From Vermamoeba vermiformis (Eukaryota): a stretch of 64,000 bases of DNA. Positions 1 to 13,548 of the stretch are shown one piece after another. The notes below the pieces were generated by a model, which did no database searches, had not been told where the DNA came from, and worked only from the letters and a program-made list of their open reading frames with translations. Both the position numbers and the translations under genes were made by a program. The stretch spans positions 434,001-498,000 of the forward strand of contig JBEWZL010000184.1 of the NCBI GenBank assembly GCA_045837725.1. Direction: 5' to 3'. The number at the start of each line of letters is the position of its first letter. Positions within the stretch are counted from its first letter, which is position 1.

Positions 1-2134
1 TTGATGAAAGATATATTTGAACGACCTATTGTAGCATCGGAAATTACTATGGCTGAAAAAGAAGCTGTTACTCGGTTTTTTAGAACTTCCACGTACCAGC
101 GCAGTTGTTTTAAAGATCTGCAGAAGAAATTTATAACAATTTTCGTGCTTAGCGAGCCATCTTAGTAAGTAATAGTACATATCATAATACGGAACTAAAT
201 CTGCCTCAGTTTTCAATGCCAACAATCCGACATATTTCCAAAAGGTGGATCTTCGTTGCTCCACGGAAAAATCCACGGAGCGTTAGATTTATTCGAGGAA
301 ATTATTCAAATGAAGAAACTTACAATAGAAGATCGAGGTTATCTGCTGAGCATGGCGAATATGGCCTACGATTATATCAATGGATATTTTCCGGATTTAA
401 CTAAGTGGACTAAGAACAAGTACGCGTTATTATTGATTATTGCCTTATTAGTTAACTTCAATTTTTTTTATTAATTTTATTTTTTGCTTCATGAACCAGA
501 CTTGACAAACATTTGCACCCGTATATTCGATTGCTATGGTACTTAAATGATGTTGGTGCACTTCCAAGTACCCAGGAAGATGTTCTAAATATCAAAAATG
601 ACGAATGCGAGAAATTTTTATCCTTTCTGGCAAAACAAGCTACATCCGGAGTACTCATGTTGGAAAAATATAATTTTCGGTCATGCAACTTGCCACTAAT
701 CTACAAGCATTTCATAAACAAGTATCTAGAGAGTAAGTCAAGCTTATTCTATGAAGGTAGCTAATTTAATCGTTTAGATTGGTTTACCGGTCCTTCGTTC
801 GAATCCGTGGAAGATCTGCCCTTCAAGTTTCCATTTATGGACCTGCCTATCGATATGACGATCGCCATATGCTCTTATCTACCCTATATAACGCTTAAAG
901 CATTATTATTGACTTGCAAGCGACTTCGAGCCCTCCAACACTCTTCCTCGATCTGGCGCACAAAATTCGAGCAATATTTTCCGTACGATGCCTCGAATAA
1001 GGACTACTCGGATACTTCGTTTAACATCCGATACAAGTAAGCATAATATAACGATATTAATTAACAATAAAAGGCCCGTATTAATAATTATTGTTTGTAG
1101 GAACAAATTTATGGCAAGAGAGATTTATGGCAGCAAGTCCTATATGTATAGTATAGGAGCTCCTAGTGTATCATATTATTGCGATATGTATTCAGTAGAG
1201 CTTATCGGCGATGAAGTGATATACACTAGCAAGCACCACAATCGGTTAACATTGACCAATCTCGATACAAATGATCACGTGTCAGTAACTGGCATTCATG
1301 AACCTGCCGCTGCACGAATTTACAATGACAAAGTATTTGTAATGAAACACAATCAAGTTGAAGTACGAGACAAGACTACTTTGGTAAGCATTAGGCAACT
1401 TAAATTAATTGTAATTTGATTAACTAACTGACTGAATTTGCCCAAATTAGGGAATAATAAGTCAGTTCTCGCAGTTCAAGCCACGTACAACTTTGCCGCA
1501 CTTCGAGCTTTCAGATAATTGGCTCGTTTCCTCAGGTTCGACAATAGTAATATATAGATATGGGTATATTATATCTAACAAACGTTTAGATGCTTTGTAC
1601 GACTGGGGTACCGGACAGATGTTGGATTCGTGGGATCAAGATCTAACCGCTGTCACCGTACGAGATCGAATATGCTATGGCATCAATAGCGATGACATAG
1701 TTATTCGAGATTTACGCCAATCAGATCGTTCTGTGCAACGCTTGTCAATGACAGGTGTCAACAAATTCTCGTCAGTGAACGTGTATGACGGAATAATTTA
1801 CACAGCAGGCACGAGCATTAACATATTTGACATGCGGTATTTGCAGCAGCCGTCGGGCACAATAGCTTCACGCAGTATTGGACCTTGTGACCCAGCTGAT
1901 TACTACGCTATCGACCTCGTAAACATGAATGTCTGGGGATCCCAAGTTTCATGGGATCTGATCGATAACAAGTGGGAGAGAGCGGATATATGTGATTATT
2001 ATAATATCGTGGATAGAGTATGCAATGGAAAGTACTTAGCCGTCGCATTCGTAGGTGTTCTAAAAATTTTCAGATTGAGCGCATCCACACCGTTCCCATT
2101 TGGCGATTTCAAACTAAATCGATACAAATTTTGA
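1..2134 (+). CDS. Multi-exon F-box protein with C-terminal WD40-like beta-propeller (5' end likely outside the window)
   Basis: In-frame exons joined by GT-AG introns (e.g. 733-777). F-box at ~834-960 (FMDLPIDMTIAICSYLPYITLKALLLTCKRLR...SSIW). Downstream beta-rich repeats (VIRDLR, IFDMR, LKIFRL). Stop at 2134. Confidence 0.7.
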
Positions 2135-2219
2135 TGCGCTAACAAATTAATTTACAGCTAAGCGACTAAAATAAATAATATTTAATACAAATTTACAAAC
2201 GGGTACAAGAACAAAATTA

Positions 2220-3038
2220 TTAGTGCTTAGAGTAATAGTAGATCTCGCCAACGACTTCGCGAGTCCATTTGGCTTTGTTCAAAGCGTCATGAAGCCTTGT
2301 ATAAGCAGTGCGTTTTGGTGATTTACCTTTGCTTGGATGACCTGCAAGACTGATCTTGATCTGACCGGCGAATACTTTCTCGGCAATTTCATTCGCAATA
2401 GCTTTTGGAAGGATATATCGGCCAGTAGGATCTCGTTGCTTGTCAAGCACCACCTTGAAGGATTGTTCGACGGTAACACGATCAGTGTTCTTCTTTTTGA
2501 TGACTTTTGGCTGGACGTGAGCAGATTCGGGCTTGACTTTCGGAGCGCGAAGTGGCTTCTTGACAGGAGCAGGTGCCATATAGTCGTTTTTTGAGCTAAA
2601 GAATGTGTCCAAGATCACGCAGCCTCCAGAAAGTCCAGGGGTTGGCTCGATCGGCTGCGATGTAGGAACTGAAGAATTCTCGTTCTCAAATCCAAAGGCT
2701 TCGAATGTGTTTTGAACTGGCCCGGTGGGATTATCTTCATTCAGACTAGTACATTCTTCGGTAGGCATCGAAGGAGGTGTTGTTGGGTCAAAGCCAAAAT
2801 CGAAAAGGACATCTGGCGCATCCGTAGGTGGCGCGACTTGTTCAGCCATTTGATACTCTAGTGGCACACCATCAATCTCATCGAGTGTTTGTCGTATATC
2901 GTCGACTGCGCCATCGAAAGGCCATAGTGGTTCAAGGGCAGGTAAATCCACTCCAAATTGACGGCAAGCATTTTCTTTTTGAGCCATTTTGGTAGTGAAA
3001 TAAGGAGTACTATTTAGATAATTCATAAAGTACGACAT
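2220..3038 (-). CDS. Intronless protein: acidic/Pro-rich N-terminus, Lys-rich linker, C-terminal winged-helix (HARE-HTH-like) domain
   Basis: 272-aa ORF; the start may be the Met of MAQK at 2987. The C-terminal TVEQSFKVVL...EIAEKV...GKSPKRTAYTRLH resembles the HARE-HTH GKTP..T..A.L pattern. Confidence 0.65.
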   Translation of the reverse strand: MSYFMNYLNSTPYFTTKMAQKENACRQFGVDLPALEPLWPFDGAVDDIRQTLDEIDGVPLEYQMAEQVAPPTDAPDVLFDFGFDPTTPPSMPTEECTSLNEDNPTGPVQNTFEAFGFENENSSVPTSQPIEPTPGLSGGCVILDTFFSSKNDYMAPAPVKKPLRAPKVKPESAHVQPKVIKKKNTDRVTVEQSFKVVLDKQRDPTGRYILPKAIANEIAEKVFAGQIKISLAGHPSKGKSPKRTAYTRLHDALNKAKWTREVVGEIYYYSKH

Positions 3039-3756
3039 TGTTCTAAAATAATTCGTTTTAGTTTTAAATCCGCTTGAAAACTTTTTATTTTGCTCACCCT
3101 AGCTAAAGCTTTGGCCTTTTGCTCTAATGTTGCTCGGTTTTTTTTTGAATTACCGTCGACTGCCATTTTTTCCTTTATATTTGTATCGTTTGTTGTTTGG
3201 TTGTTTGTTATGCGTGTCCTGAATCCAACAAATCAAACAAAAAGCGCGAAGAAAAGTGTGAACTGCTGAATCACAAAAACAAACCAAACAAATCAACAAA
3301 CAATCGCCTTTAGACCATTATTATGCCTATAATCGCGTATTGAGCTAATAACGCTCCTGCTTGACATGCAGCGATAGTTGTACGAATCCGGCATGTCAAT
3401 TCGAAGGACCTTTAAAATATCTTCAAAAAGGTATGGTATGATATGTATAATGTATTGCTAAGCCAAAGAATTGGCTTCATGTTATGAAGCGCAATTCAAT
3501 TTTAAAATTTTTCGGATTCCGGTGTAAACAGGTAATTTACGGGTTTACTAGCATTTATGCTAAGAATGAGATAGATGACATTAATTTCTGCATTAATAAA
3601 CCACTAAAGAATTGATTTTTCGGTAAGAAAATTCAAAAATATTCGTCTCGTTCTGCATCTGACGCTTAGTCTCAAAATATCTTACAGTTTAATGACAATA
3701 AATAACGATAATGTTATATGACTACAATTAAATAATGGTCTTACTTGGTCGTATTA

Positions 3757-6700
3757 TTATTGCTTCTTGCTTTGAACCATCGCTTTCTCGTACTCGCGCA
3801 TGAACATGTCTTTCATCTCTTTGCCAATAAATTCAAATTTAATGACGTCTCCGCGGTCTGCAAGTAGTGTAGCAGACAATTCTATAATTAAAGAATTACT
3901 AACTGCGAAAAAATGTTGCAGATCTGGTTCGCATCCGGATCTTCCATTAACGATGGAGCCATTAAGAATTGTTCAAAAGATATAGATATTATATATATGA
4001 TAGTGCTTACCACCCTCGACAGTTAACGTATGGAAGTTCTTCAGTAAGATGAGCTGTTGGACTTTCTGCTTCATCTCTTTCTTGTACTTGACAGTCTTCG
4101 AGTACATCAGCGCATCGTTCAATAGATACAATTTGCCGGGCACGTGCTTGCTCAACATAACGTCGTAGAACTGAATATCAGCATCTGCGATCAATGTTCG
4201 ATGCGGCAAGAAGATTTTCTGAAAGAAAAAAGGTTAGATCCAGATGTGTTTTTTTTAAGCCAAGTAAAATATATTACGTCAACTTCGCCAACAATATCGT
4301 TTGCAGCTTCAATCAACTTCGTCCTGTCTTCAAATTCTCGACGTCGATCGTTCAAGTAAGCGTTGATCTGAGCGACCTTTGCAAGGGCATTCTTCAAGTT
4401 ATCATAGTCGGGATGATCCGCGCTCGTGTTGTCCATCAATTGCTACATAATGGCGTTAGTTGCGTGCTCTGTGAAAGAATTGTAACGAAATTTCACGTGA
4501 CACTTTGACACGTGTCATTAAAAAAAATCTGTCGGACGTACCTGCAGCAACAGTTGGTATCGAGGAACACGTTGAACAGGCTAGGAATTAAATAATACGT
4601 CAGTAATTGAATTATTTTAAATGAATGAAACTGACTTACCATAATCAGATAACTTTCAAGATCCAAACCGCAAATAATTGGATCTGTTGTTGTAACTTTC
4701 TGTGCACAAAAAAAATGTTAAAATCTCGAATGGAATTTGCTATATTACGTACTTCTAAGAACTTGGCCAATCTCGGGTTTTCAGTACGACACTTCAACAA
4801 CGCAATTTGAGAGTTTCTGTAGTTGTTGATGTACTCCGTGTATGTCTTCAAAAACTCGCCCTATTATTTCCTTATTAGTAAAATATCTTGACACGTGTGA
4901 AAAATATAAGTGACACGTGTCACTACGGACTAAAACTTACCATAAACAGGAAGATATCTCCGATACATTGTTTTGACGACCATTTCATTAAGCGACTATT
5001 AAGACCTTCCAAAAGCATCGAATTGTAACTCCAAATAATTTCGACGGATCCAAAAATGACTCGGATGTCGTTCTCTGGTACGAGCGGTTTGGAACTTTTC
5101 AGCGAGTTCAGTAACGGGTTTTGGAATTTCTATAATATCGATAAGATTGATAATGCTTGATATTATTAGGAGCTCTTAGTACCTTGACAATAATCGACAA
5201 ATTTTTCACGTAAGTGCCTTCTGTGACGAGCAATTCTTGCGCGATTTTTGTTCGCTTGAAATGTTTCTTCGCTGCACATTGACAACACCGTTAGTACGAC
5301 AGCTATAATACCAAAGTTAATATCATACCTTGCTCCATTTTCTTCTCGTCTAGCTGTGACGTGTCGACTTGTTTGGCCGGTTGTTTCGGTGGGGCAGGAG
5401 TAGCACTTGTGGTACTATTCACCGTGCTGACAGTGCTCGGATTGCTGTTGTTTGTTATGCTATTTACAGTGCTCGGCATTGACACCGTGCTCGGGGTACT
5501 GCTGATCGAACTCATGCTCGTCATCATCGTGTTCATCGAGCTGACGGTGCTTCGAGCGGTAGAAGGAGGACTCATTGTGTTTCTGTTTTCAGGACTGCCA
5601 ACAGAGCTAGAGCTGGTCTGTTGTTGGTGCGAGTTCATCAACATGGTTTGATGCGGGGTTGTAGCACCACTTGGAGGCGGTGGCTTGGAGCCTCTCATCA
5701 TCGCAAACTGTCGGACTCCTGGTGATTGCTTAGGGCTCATCGGGGGCGAGGCCTAAAGACATCAGTTAACAACTACTGTTTAAACCCAAGTCACAAAAAT
5801 GTCACGTGACACGTACTATCGGTGAACTAGGTCCATTTGGAGAACCCGGAGGAGACCACGTAGCGCTCATATCGACCTCTGATAAGTTCTTCTTAGGCGG
5901 GGTCGGCAAGGGCTTTGATTTCAAGTGCGCTGGCTTGGGCATTGGTACCGGCTTGGACTTGATTTCTCGTCGCGGTGAACCTGCTGGACTCGAATTTGCA
6001 GACCGTACAATGTTAGCACGAGGAATAGACAAACCTACAATTATCCAGTTAGAGATCTGACACTTTTGACACGTACCATCAGATCCTGTTTGTTGCTTAC
6101 TCTGCGACCTTCCTTTGTTCTTGAATGATTTGCTCGTTCTGTCACGAATGAGGGACACTCGCTGTTTGCGCAACTCATCCACTGATTTCGTGCATTCCCC
6201 TGACTGTTTGCACGCCTCACACCTTCACATAGACGGGTCATTCATTTGGACTTATGTCTCATATCGAAGCTTACCATTGCTCGAAATAATCCCATAGTAC
6301 TGTGGCACAAGGATTCTTCGGCTTTTCAGTAATGATCTCGTCAGACGGTTTGATCGAAATTTCAGACTTCGATTTGAACATCTTTGATTTGATACGTCTA
6401 CGGAAGTGTTAGTTATATACTCAATGAATACTACAATTGAAGTAACATACTTGATAAATTCTCCGAATTTGCTACTTTTGCGCTTGTTATTTGCAATGTG
6501 GTCTTCGCCCAACGTGTACTGCTCGCGTTTCAAACCGATGTTCTCTTCTTGCAGCTCTTCTTCTTCCATTTCAGCGTAATACTGATTGGCTACTTCAATA
6601 TCTTTGGGTTTAATAGGCGCTGTTAATGAATCCAACGAATTCCTTCGGTGGAAATACTGCGGTGGATTTCGTGCTGGTACTTGTGGTGGAGGTGATTTAG

Positions 6701-9700
6701 GGGTCTCTGGTTGTTGTGGTCGCTGTACATTATTGTTGGCGATATTGGGATTTGTTGGGCGACGTGGAGGAGGAACTGGGGATTGAACGCGAGGGCTCGT
6801 GTTGGCTTGGTTTGGCGCGGGTGTATTGGCGTTGCTAGGAGGAGCTTTGGCTGGAGACTTTGGTGCCGTTTTGGGGATGACACCTGGAGGCTTTGACAAC
6901 CTGGGCGAGGACAGGGAACGCGTGGGCTTGGTTTTTGGGGGTCCGGGAGTAGCCTGCCTAACACCTTTTTTAAGTCCTGGTGCAGGTGCTGCAGCAGGTT
7001 GCTTAGGCGAAGAAATTGTTCTAGGAAATCCATTAGCGTTGTTATTATTTGGCGCGTTATTATTGACTCGAGGAGTGGTCGTGTCAATAATTCGATGTTT
7101 TTCTTTTTCCTCGTCGTATTCTTCAATATCATCCTCCGTGTCCATTTCTTTCAATGCCGCTAATTCAGCTGCAAAATCTTCTTGGACAGGAGCTTGAGCT
7201 TGATTATCAAAATCTATAAACATAAGTAATTAGTAACGCTGAACCAGATCCGAAAACTATTCGGGATCCAACGCACGTGGAACCGACATGTTATTGACAG
7301 CTAATGCGATAGCATCTTTCAAGCCCTTATCTCGAGTTTGATAACCCTTAAGTACTGCAATTCCACCAAGAGTTTGGAACTCCTGTCTTGACTTGCCTAA
7401 AAAGGAAATGTTAAAATCTAATAGATACTCGTCAATTTGAATTCAATCGTACTGTTAACGGCAAGTTTTGAAAGTAACTTAGCGGCGCGTTCTTGTATCT
7501 TATTATCTTGAGAACTTTTGAACATCGTCAAGGCTGCTTTAACACCTCCAACTTCGCGGATGTGCTCGCTGACTTGCGCTAAAAACATTGTTAGCAGCGC
7601 ACGAGTTAGTATATTAATAACATACGGTTCGTAGACAAGTTCTCTAACGTCATCGAAGCGAGTGTCTGCGCATCCGCATTGTTTTCTTTCGTCAAAATAT
7701 CAATCAGTGGTTTAATCGCCTTTTCGTTGATGAAATCTGTTTCATTATCATCTATACATTATTTAGGGTTAGTAATCAGCGTGACAGGGTATTCATAGAA
7801 AGTTTGAAGTTTCGGGAGGTCATCTTTTGACACGTGTCAAACTATGACATGGACGTACCTGCGAGTGACAAGTTGACCATTGATTTGCAGGCCTCGAGCT
7901 TAACATCGATTTGAGTCTGCGGCGCTGACAGCATCGTTGTAATGGCTTTCAAACCTCCTGTTTGGACGATTGCACGTCTCATTGAATCTGCCAACGGTCA
8001 ATCAGGAATTGTTTTAGACATGTATGGTAGTGTTATAAGCGTACCATAGTACATTGACATGTGAAAAGTCGCGGTGACGGCCTTCAATTTGACGTCATCT
8101 GGGACGTTCGAATTGATAATATTTACAATGGCTCCAATACCACCGACTTCTTTAAATTGTTCTTGAATAGACTCTACAAAGACACAACGTTAGATATCTC
8201 GATAGATTAAGTATTTCCTTTTATGGAATATTACCGTGAACCATCAAATTTGACACTGTCAAAACAGCGCGCAAGAGTAATTTTTTGTTCTGCGTGTTCG
8301 TCTTGAGTAATTGCGTAAGCTGCTTAAATAACGGTGAATTTGATATAGCATCGCCACTACGTGTCACGGACTCCTCTGTTAGGAAAAAAGGTCAGATCCA
8401 GGGCCGTGTTCGAGGTGATTTCTTACCGTTTGCCGAGAAGTTAGTAATTGCAGCCAAGCAAGTCGACTTAACATCTTCATTAGGGTCACTGAGTGAATCA
8501 AGAATTGATTTGAATGCGCCCGATTTGACAATCTCCGCTGCAATCTCGCCTGCAAAAACATGTCACCATTAAATCTGCGGCAAATTCAAAATTAATTATC
8601 ATTTTGTTATCATACCATGCTTGATGATGTTTGATACTAAGCCCAATATTGATTCTTTAAGCTTCGGATTACTAAATTTGTTAATTTCTTTGATTAATTT
8701 GACCGCTTTTGGCACACAGCCTGCTTCTTTGAACATTTGACGATTTTTTTCTGATTCATTATTAGAATTTATATTAACACCATCTTATTATATAATAGAC
8801 ATACCATCGCTAGTTAAATTGCTCTGTACTCTAACTATAATATGAAGGGCGTCTTCGTCCGTTACGCTCGAGTCCAATAAATTAGCGAACGCTAGATACG
8901 TATCGCGCGTTGCAAATAACGGATAATTAGCTATGCGAATATCAATAGTAAGTGTCCAATCGACGGCTTCGTAGTAATATAAACAAGGACTTACATGCTG
9001 GAGAAATTGAAACGATGTTATTGACGGCTAATAAAGCGGTATTGTTTTCTTCAAAATCCTTGGATTGTAATGAATTTAAAAAGCATGGAATTGCTCCTGC
9101 TTTCAACCAGGGTAATAAAGTCGGCTCTGCAGAATTTTTTGTTATTTACTAATAACAAATTCAAAAGTCGTAGTTCGTAGAATAACCTCTATTTGGCAAA
9201 AATAGTGTATAAATTAATATTAACGTACCATTGTGGATAGAATTTACGGCGAATTTTAAAACTGAAGTTTTTTCAGTGCTGGTTTTGACGCGTTTTAATA
9301 ATGCAATTGGTCCTGTGACTCCTACTCGCTTTACTTCTTCAGCAATAAGCTCTAATAATATTTTTATTAATATATTTCCGAAGTACGTTGATTTGAGGCA
9401 CTTACGTTCTCGCGCGCCATTTGTCAATCCTTTTATGGCATTTATAGCTAGTTGATCGTTCGTTGAGGACAAAAACTTGACGAACATGGCCACGGCTAAA
9501 TAAATAATATTAAATAATTGATTTGAATTAATAATGCATGGCATTAAACGGATCCACTTCAGTAACATATCGTAGACCGGCTTGGTATTCCATACTTACT
9601 CGCTTTATCTTTTTCTAATAATGGCTGTGCCAGTACTAATGCATTTCCAAAGTACATCTCTTCTTTGGAAGATAAGCAGACTTCCCATTGTTTTTCGACA

Positions 9701-9810
9701 GATGGGAGCGGACCTGGAGTTAAATTTTAATTAGATTATTTGCTAATATTCTAGTAAATCATTTACTCGAAACGAATATTGAGTAGAGTCGAAGGCGATG
9801 TCAAAACCAT
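3757..9810 (-). CDS. RhoGEF (DH-PH) with N-terminal armadillo repeats and central Pro-rich region
   Basis: DH motifs (IAQELLVTEGTYVKNL, IGDIFLFM, PVQRVPRYQLLLQ, NALAKVAQINAYLN). PH motif KLYLLNDALMY. ARM-like repeats at 7300-9500 (EVGGIGAIV, VQTGGLKAI, REVGGVKAA). The ARM part splices in frame into the Pro-rich exon near 7215. The 5' end is uncertain. Confidence 0.8.
4498..4517. repeat. TGACACGTGTCA palindrome, extended 20-mer form (intronic)
   Basis: TGACACTTTGACACGTGTCA is identical at 50205-50224 and, reverse-complemented, at 30481-30500. Confidence 0.85.
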
Positions 9811-10322
9811 AAAATTTAATTAAATGATAATCTTGGCAGATCCTCCGCCCGGACACAACATTTACGCAAAAAAGCACTAAATATGCTATTAACAAGATCC
9901 AAAATTAATATTTTAGCAGGTATTAATTCCGGATAATGCAGAATCAAAAAATCAATTAAATTTTTACGATCCAGTTTCATGAATTCGAATCGGGAAACGT
10001 GATATTTAATCGCCTACGATGTATAAAACAATAATATGACAGTAATTAATTACAGCGCAAAAGATTTTCTTTTACGGCTGATCGGCTTACCAGTCGGTTG
10101 AATCCTTTTATAAATATTTGACAACTGAGCAGTTGCCATGATATAACTTGTACGTTGTCGTAGTTTACATCCACTAGTTTGTTAATGCCGAATCGTAACA
10201 GTCGAAATTTATTTTTGATCTCGAAATTTCCTCCAGCCGATCGTGCCGTTCAATCGAAATAAATATGCAACCTTATTATAAAAAGGATTTAAATACGCAA
10301 GTTTATGTAAAAATAAATGGAT

Positions 10323-11998
10323 TTAGTTCAAAGGAGCATAAGTGCTGCGTCTTCGTCTGACCAAAGCAAGAGCAACAATGCCGGTGATGAGCACCAAGAC
10401 GAGGAAAGCACCAGCGATGATGAGGGCCTTCCAGTAAGAGAAGTCATAAGGCACGATGGAAATAGCTGGCATTGAGATACGTTAGAAAATATGTTTCGAA
10501 AAGATCCGATCTAGCTAGATCAGCCAACAAAATCATCGCGCTAATACTTCAAAAACGCATATGAGGGCTCAACATTGTGAATACTTACTGGCCTCCATAG
10601 TAATCACGTTGAAATTGCCAAAGTTACCGTTGGGCAAGGGATTGAAAGCGATGGTAAAGTTGCTGTAATCTGTCATGTTGCACGTGTCAGATCTAACTCC
10701 ATAATGCAAGAAATAACATGAATAATATTACCCAACAAAGTAGAGAAGGTCCATTGCTTAGTATTATTGGCAGCAGCAACGAAAACAGATTTTGAGTCGG
10801 AAGCAGGCACGCAGTAGTAGCGGGGTTGGATGGTAACGCCAGAAATAATAGATGAGATATCAGCTAAGAAAATAAACCGAAATTAGCATTAATATACTAA
10901 CGGTAGCATAAACATATCATATAGAAGCGTTTAAAGATTAACCAACTGAATTACCAAATTGATTTTTTGGCTTGAACCAGACCCCAATTTCTTATTAGAC
11001 AATTTCCGTTCATGCAAAGTGAAATAAAATTGATAAAATTACACGCAATTTTTCGCCGTTTAAATGGACTTACCCAAGGTGCTAACAATAGTGAAGGTAA
11101 TGTTCTTCTCGCCTTCACCTTCAGGAGCATTGAAAGAATAGAGACCAGTCAATGCGGTTAGAGACTCAATTTCCATAGTATTGTTCAACGAGAATACAGT
11201 CGACACTATGAGATAAAGTGAGATCAGTATGGGCCTCCATCCGCGTTCACACTACCAAAAATTTCGGTTGAAACTCGCCAAAAAATGTTCAAATAGGCGA
11301 GCAATTAACTGATACTATGTTTGCTAATAAAATTGGTATTTTAGAAGGTTCATATTCTTTTTCTGAACGGATCTTACTTCGGGTAAGGGTAATCTTGTAC
11401 TCGATGGGAACAGAGCTGTTGAAGAACACTGAGTAAGGGTAGGTGCGAGCCAAAGTAAGGTTGTGCGCGTCATTACGACAAATAGGGGTCGAGAAGCTCA
11501 CAGTAAGCTGACCGAGAGAGATGTTAGCGGATGTGCCTCCGAGATCAACGAACTAAAATTGCATATTAAAGGATTAAACTTACACTTCCGTTAACGTTAT
11601 AAGTCGCTTGAGAAGATTCAAGAACAAGAGTCAAAATGCCACTTCCACGCGTGATCTCGACGTCGAAAACAGCAATACCCCGAGGATACTCGAAGTGAGC
11701 ATTATTAGTAATATTTAATATAGTTGCAGTTGAGTTGAGAGTGTTGGTCCAAACTGTGTTGGTTGAAGGGAAGCTTTGAGCGAACGAGATGCCTGCCATA
11801 ATAATAATTAATAAACAAGTCACCAGAAAAATAAATAGATGGGTATATTAATTATAATAGAAATTATTAGCACGATCTTGGATTATATTACACGCGTATA
11901 AAATCGCCCAAAAAGAAAAAAAAAACAGATCAGATCTGAACCATTCAATAATTACCTAACAGGCACAAAGCCACAATAACAAATACACTTGACCTCAT
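10323..11998 (-). CDS. Type I single-pass membrane glycoprotein of unknown function
   Basis: Signal peptide MRSSVFVIVALCLLG. Beta-rich ectodomain with NxS/T sites. TM ALIIAGAFLVLVLITGIVALALV, then RRRRSTYAPLN* (YxxL tail). Several GT-AG introns. Confidence 0.75.
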
Positions 11999-12213
11999 GT
12001 TATATATTACTAATGGTTTGAACAAAAGAAATAAAACGCCAAACACAAACCAGAGAAAATCGCGCAGGAAAAGTCGCTTGAAAATTATCTTGCAAATCAA
12101 AAAAAGATTATTTAAATCAATACACGACAGTAGAAGCCATAAACAGAGGTCTATTTATTATATATGCTATAATATCTCTACAAACCATCGTTTGTTCCAC
12201 AGATCGAACAATT

Positions 12214-13302
12214 TTAGATCTCGTCAATTTCACCGTTGCCCTTCACGAACCAAGATCTTGTTTGTTTCTGTTTGCCGTCAAAATCGAGTTTCAAATTGAT
12301 TTGAGCAGCAGCGATAGGATCCTCAGGAGTATCACCAACTAAAAGCAAATCAATTAATCCAAATCAATAAAACAATTCAATTGATTAATCGCGTTAGTCC
12401 TAATGGGCTAGTGCTTGAGCATTACATACCGTTCAATACTTGAGGAATATCAACATTGCAATTGAAGCTGTAGCTCCAAGTTACCTGCATCAAACGAGTT
12501 AAACCGTAAATCCGCAACGAGCTTCCTTTGGCAATTCAATTTGTCTGATCCGAGTATATTATTATGATCGATAGAATGCTACTTACCTCAATGTTTGTCG
12601 GAATGACAGTAACGCCGGTTAAAAACAGGCCCTTGTTTTGGTACTTGCCGCCAGGGATGAAGACGACTTGGAATTGGAACTTGATCACGGTAAACTAAAA
12701 ATAATCACTGAATTAATTACTATGGCCTTTGCAGAAAAATTAATAGGCCAAAAATTTTTGTAGCGAGATTTAAAGTTGTTTTTAAATTGCTTACGCCAAG
12801 CATGTTCTTCCATTCCACGGTGTAAGGGACATTAACAGGGCGCTTCCAGTTAGTCAATTGGTGCCAGTCAGTAATGCCAGCCTATTCAGGATTATTAGGA
12901 AAAAATTTGTAACGGATACTGCATCTATTAACTTACGGGAACAAAGGTACCAGAGCTAATATTCTTAGCATCCATGATGGGTTGATTTTTAACTACTATG
13001 TCCCAAATTTGCTTGCCAATATTAACAATCTTCCCCCAATCCACAGGTTCATCATCCTGTACCGAACGCTGCACGGAGCGTCCCATAGCAGTGTCGTATT
13101 GCTTCATGTAGTTGACAAAGTTGTGGTACAAATTTCCAGAGGTAGCTTCGTTGGGGTCGCTGCGACGGATGGTGACCGTGTACTCCTCATCTTGGTGTTC
13201 TTCGTTGGGCTTGTTGAACACGTTGGCTGGCTTGATGGTTCTAGCGACAGCCACGCTTATAATAAGCGCGAGCAAGAATACGATGGTGCTGTGTTTGTTC
13301 AT
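12214..13302 (-). CDS. Secreted beta-rich protein of unknown function
   Basis: Signal peptide MNKHSTIVFLLALIISVAVA. Five exons give DWGKIVNIGKQIWDIVVKNQP...DWHQLTNWKRP...GGKYQNKGLFL...PIAAAQINLK...SWFVKGNGEIDEI*. Confidence 0.75.
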
Positions 13303-13548
13303 TGTTGCAAACAAATTAATTAATAAATTTATTTGTAGCAGACTTCTTTCGTCCGCAAGCAATACTAGTAATAGCCAACCAATGTGGTAAAGCTATAATT
13401 ACATATAAATACTTTTCTTAGTTATCCCTATCAAGTGCATCACTTCGAGTTCCATTTCTTGAATTGCCAATACCGACAATTATGGCAAAAATTGTAGTAT
13501 TAATCTTAAACGAAATCTCTTTATCTAACTTGCTCCGAAATGTTCGCT

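Noticed and set aside
757-777. Possible 21-nt ultra-short intron in the first gene
   Set aside because: A stronger GTAAGT donor at 733 gives the same phase and a normal 45-nt intron.
5361-7197. Hydrophobic Gly/Val-rich plus-strand ORFs (5361-5651, 6799-7197; similarly 54391-54600)
   Set aside because: These are antisense shadows of Ser/Thr/Pro-rich minus-strand exons.
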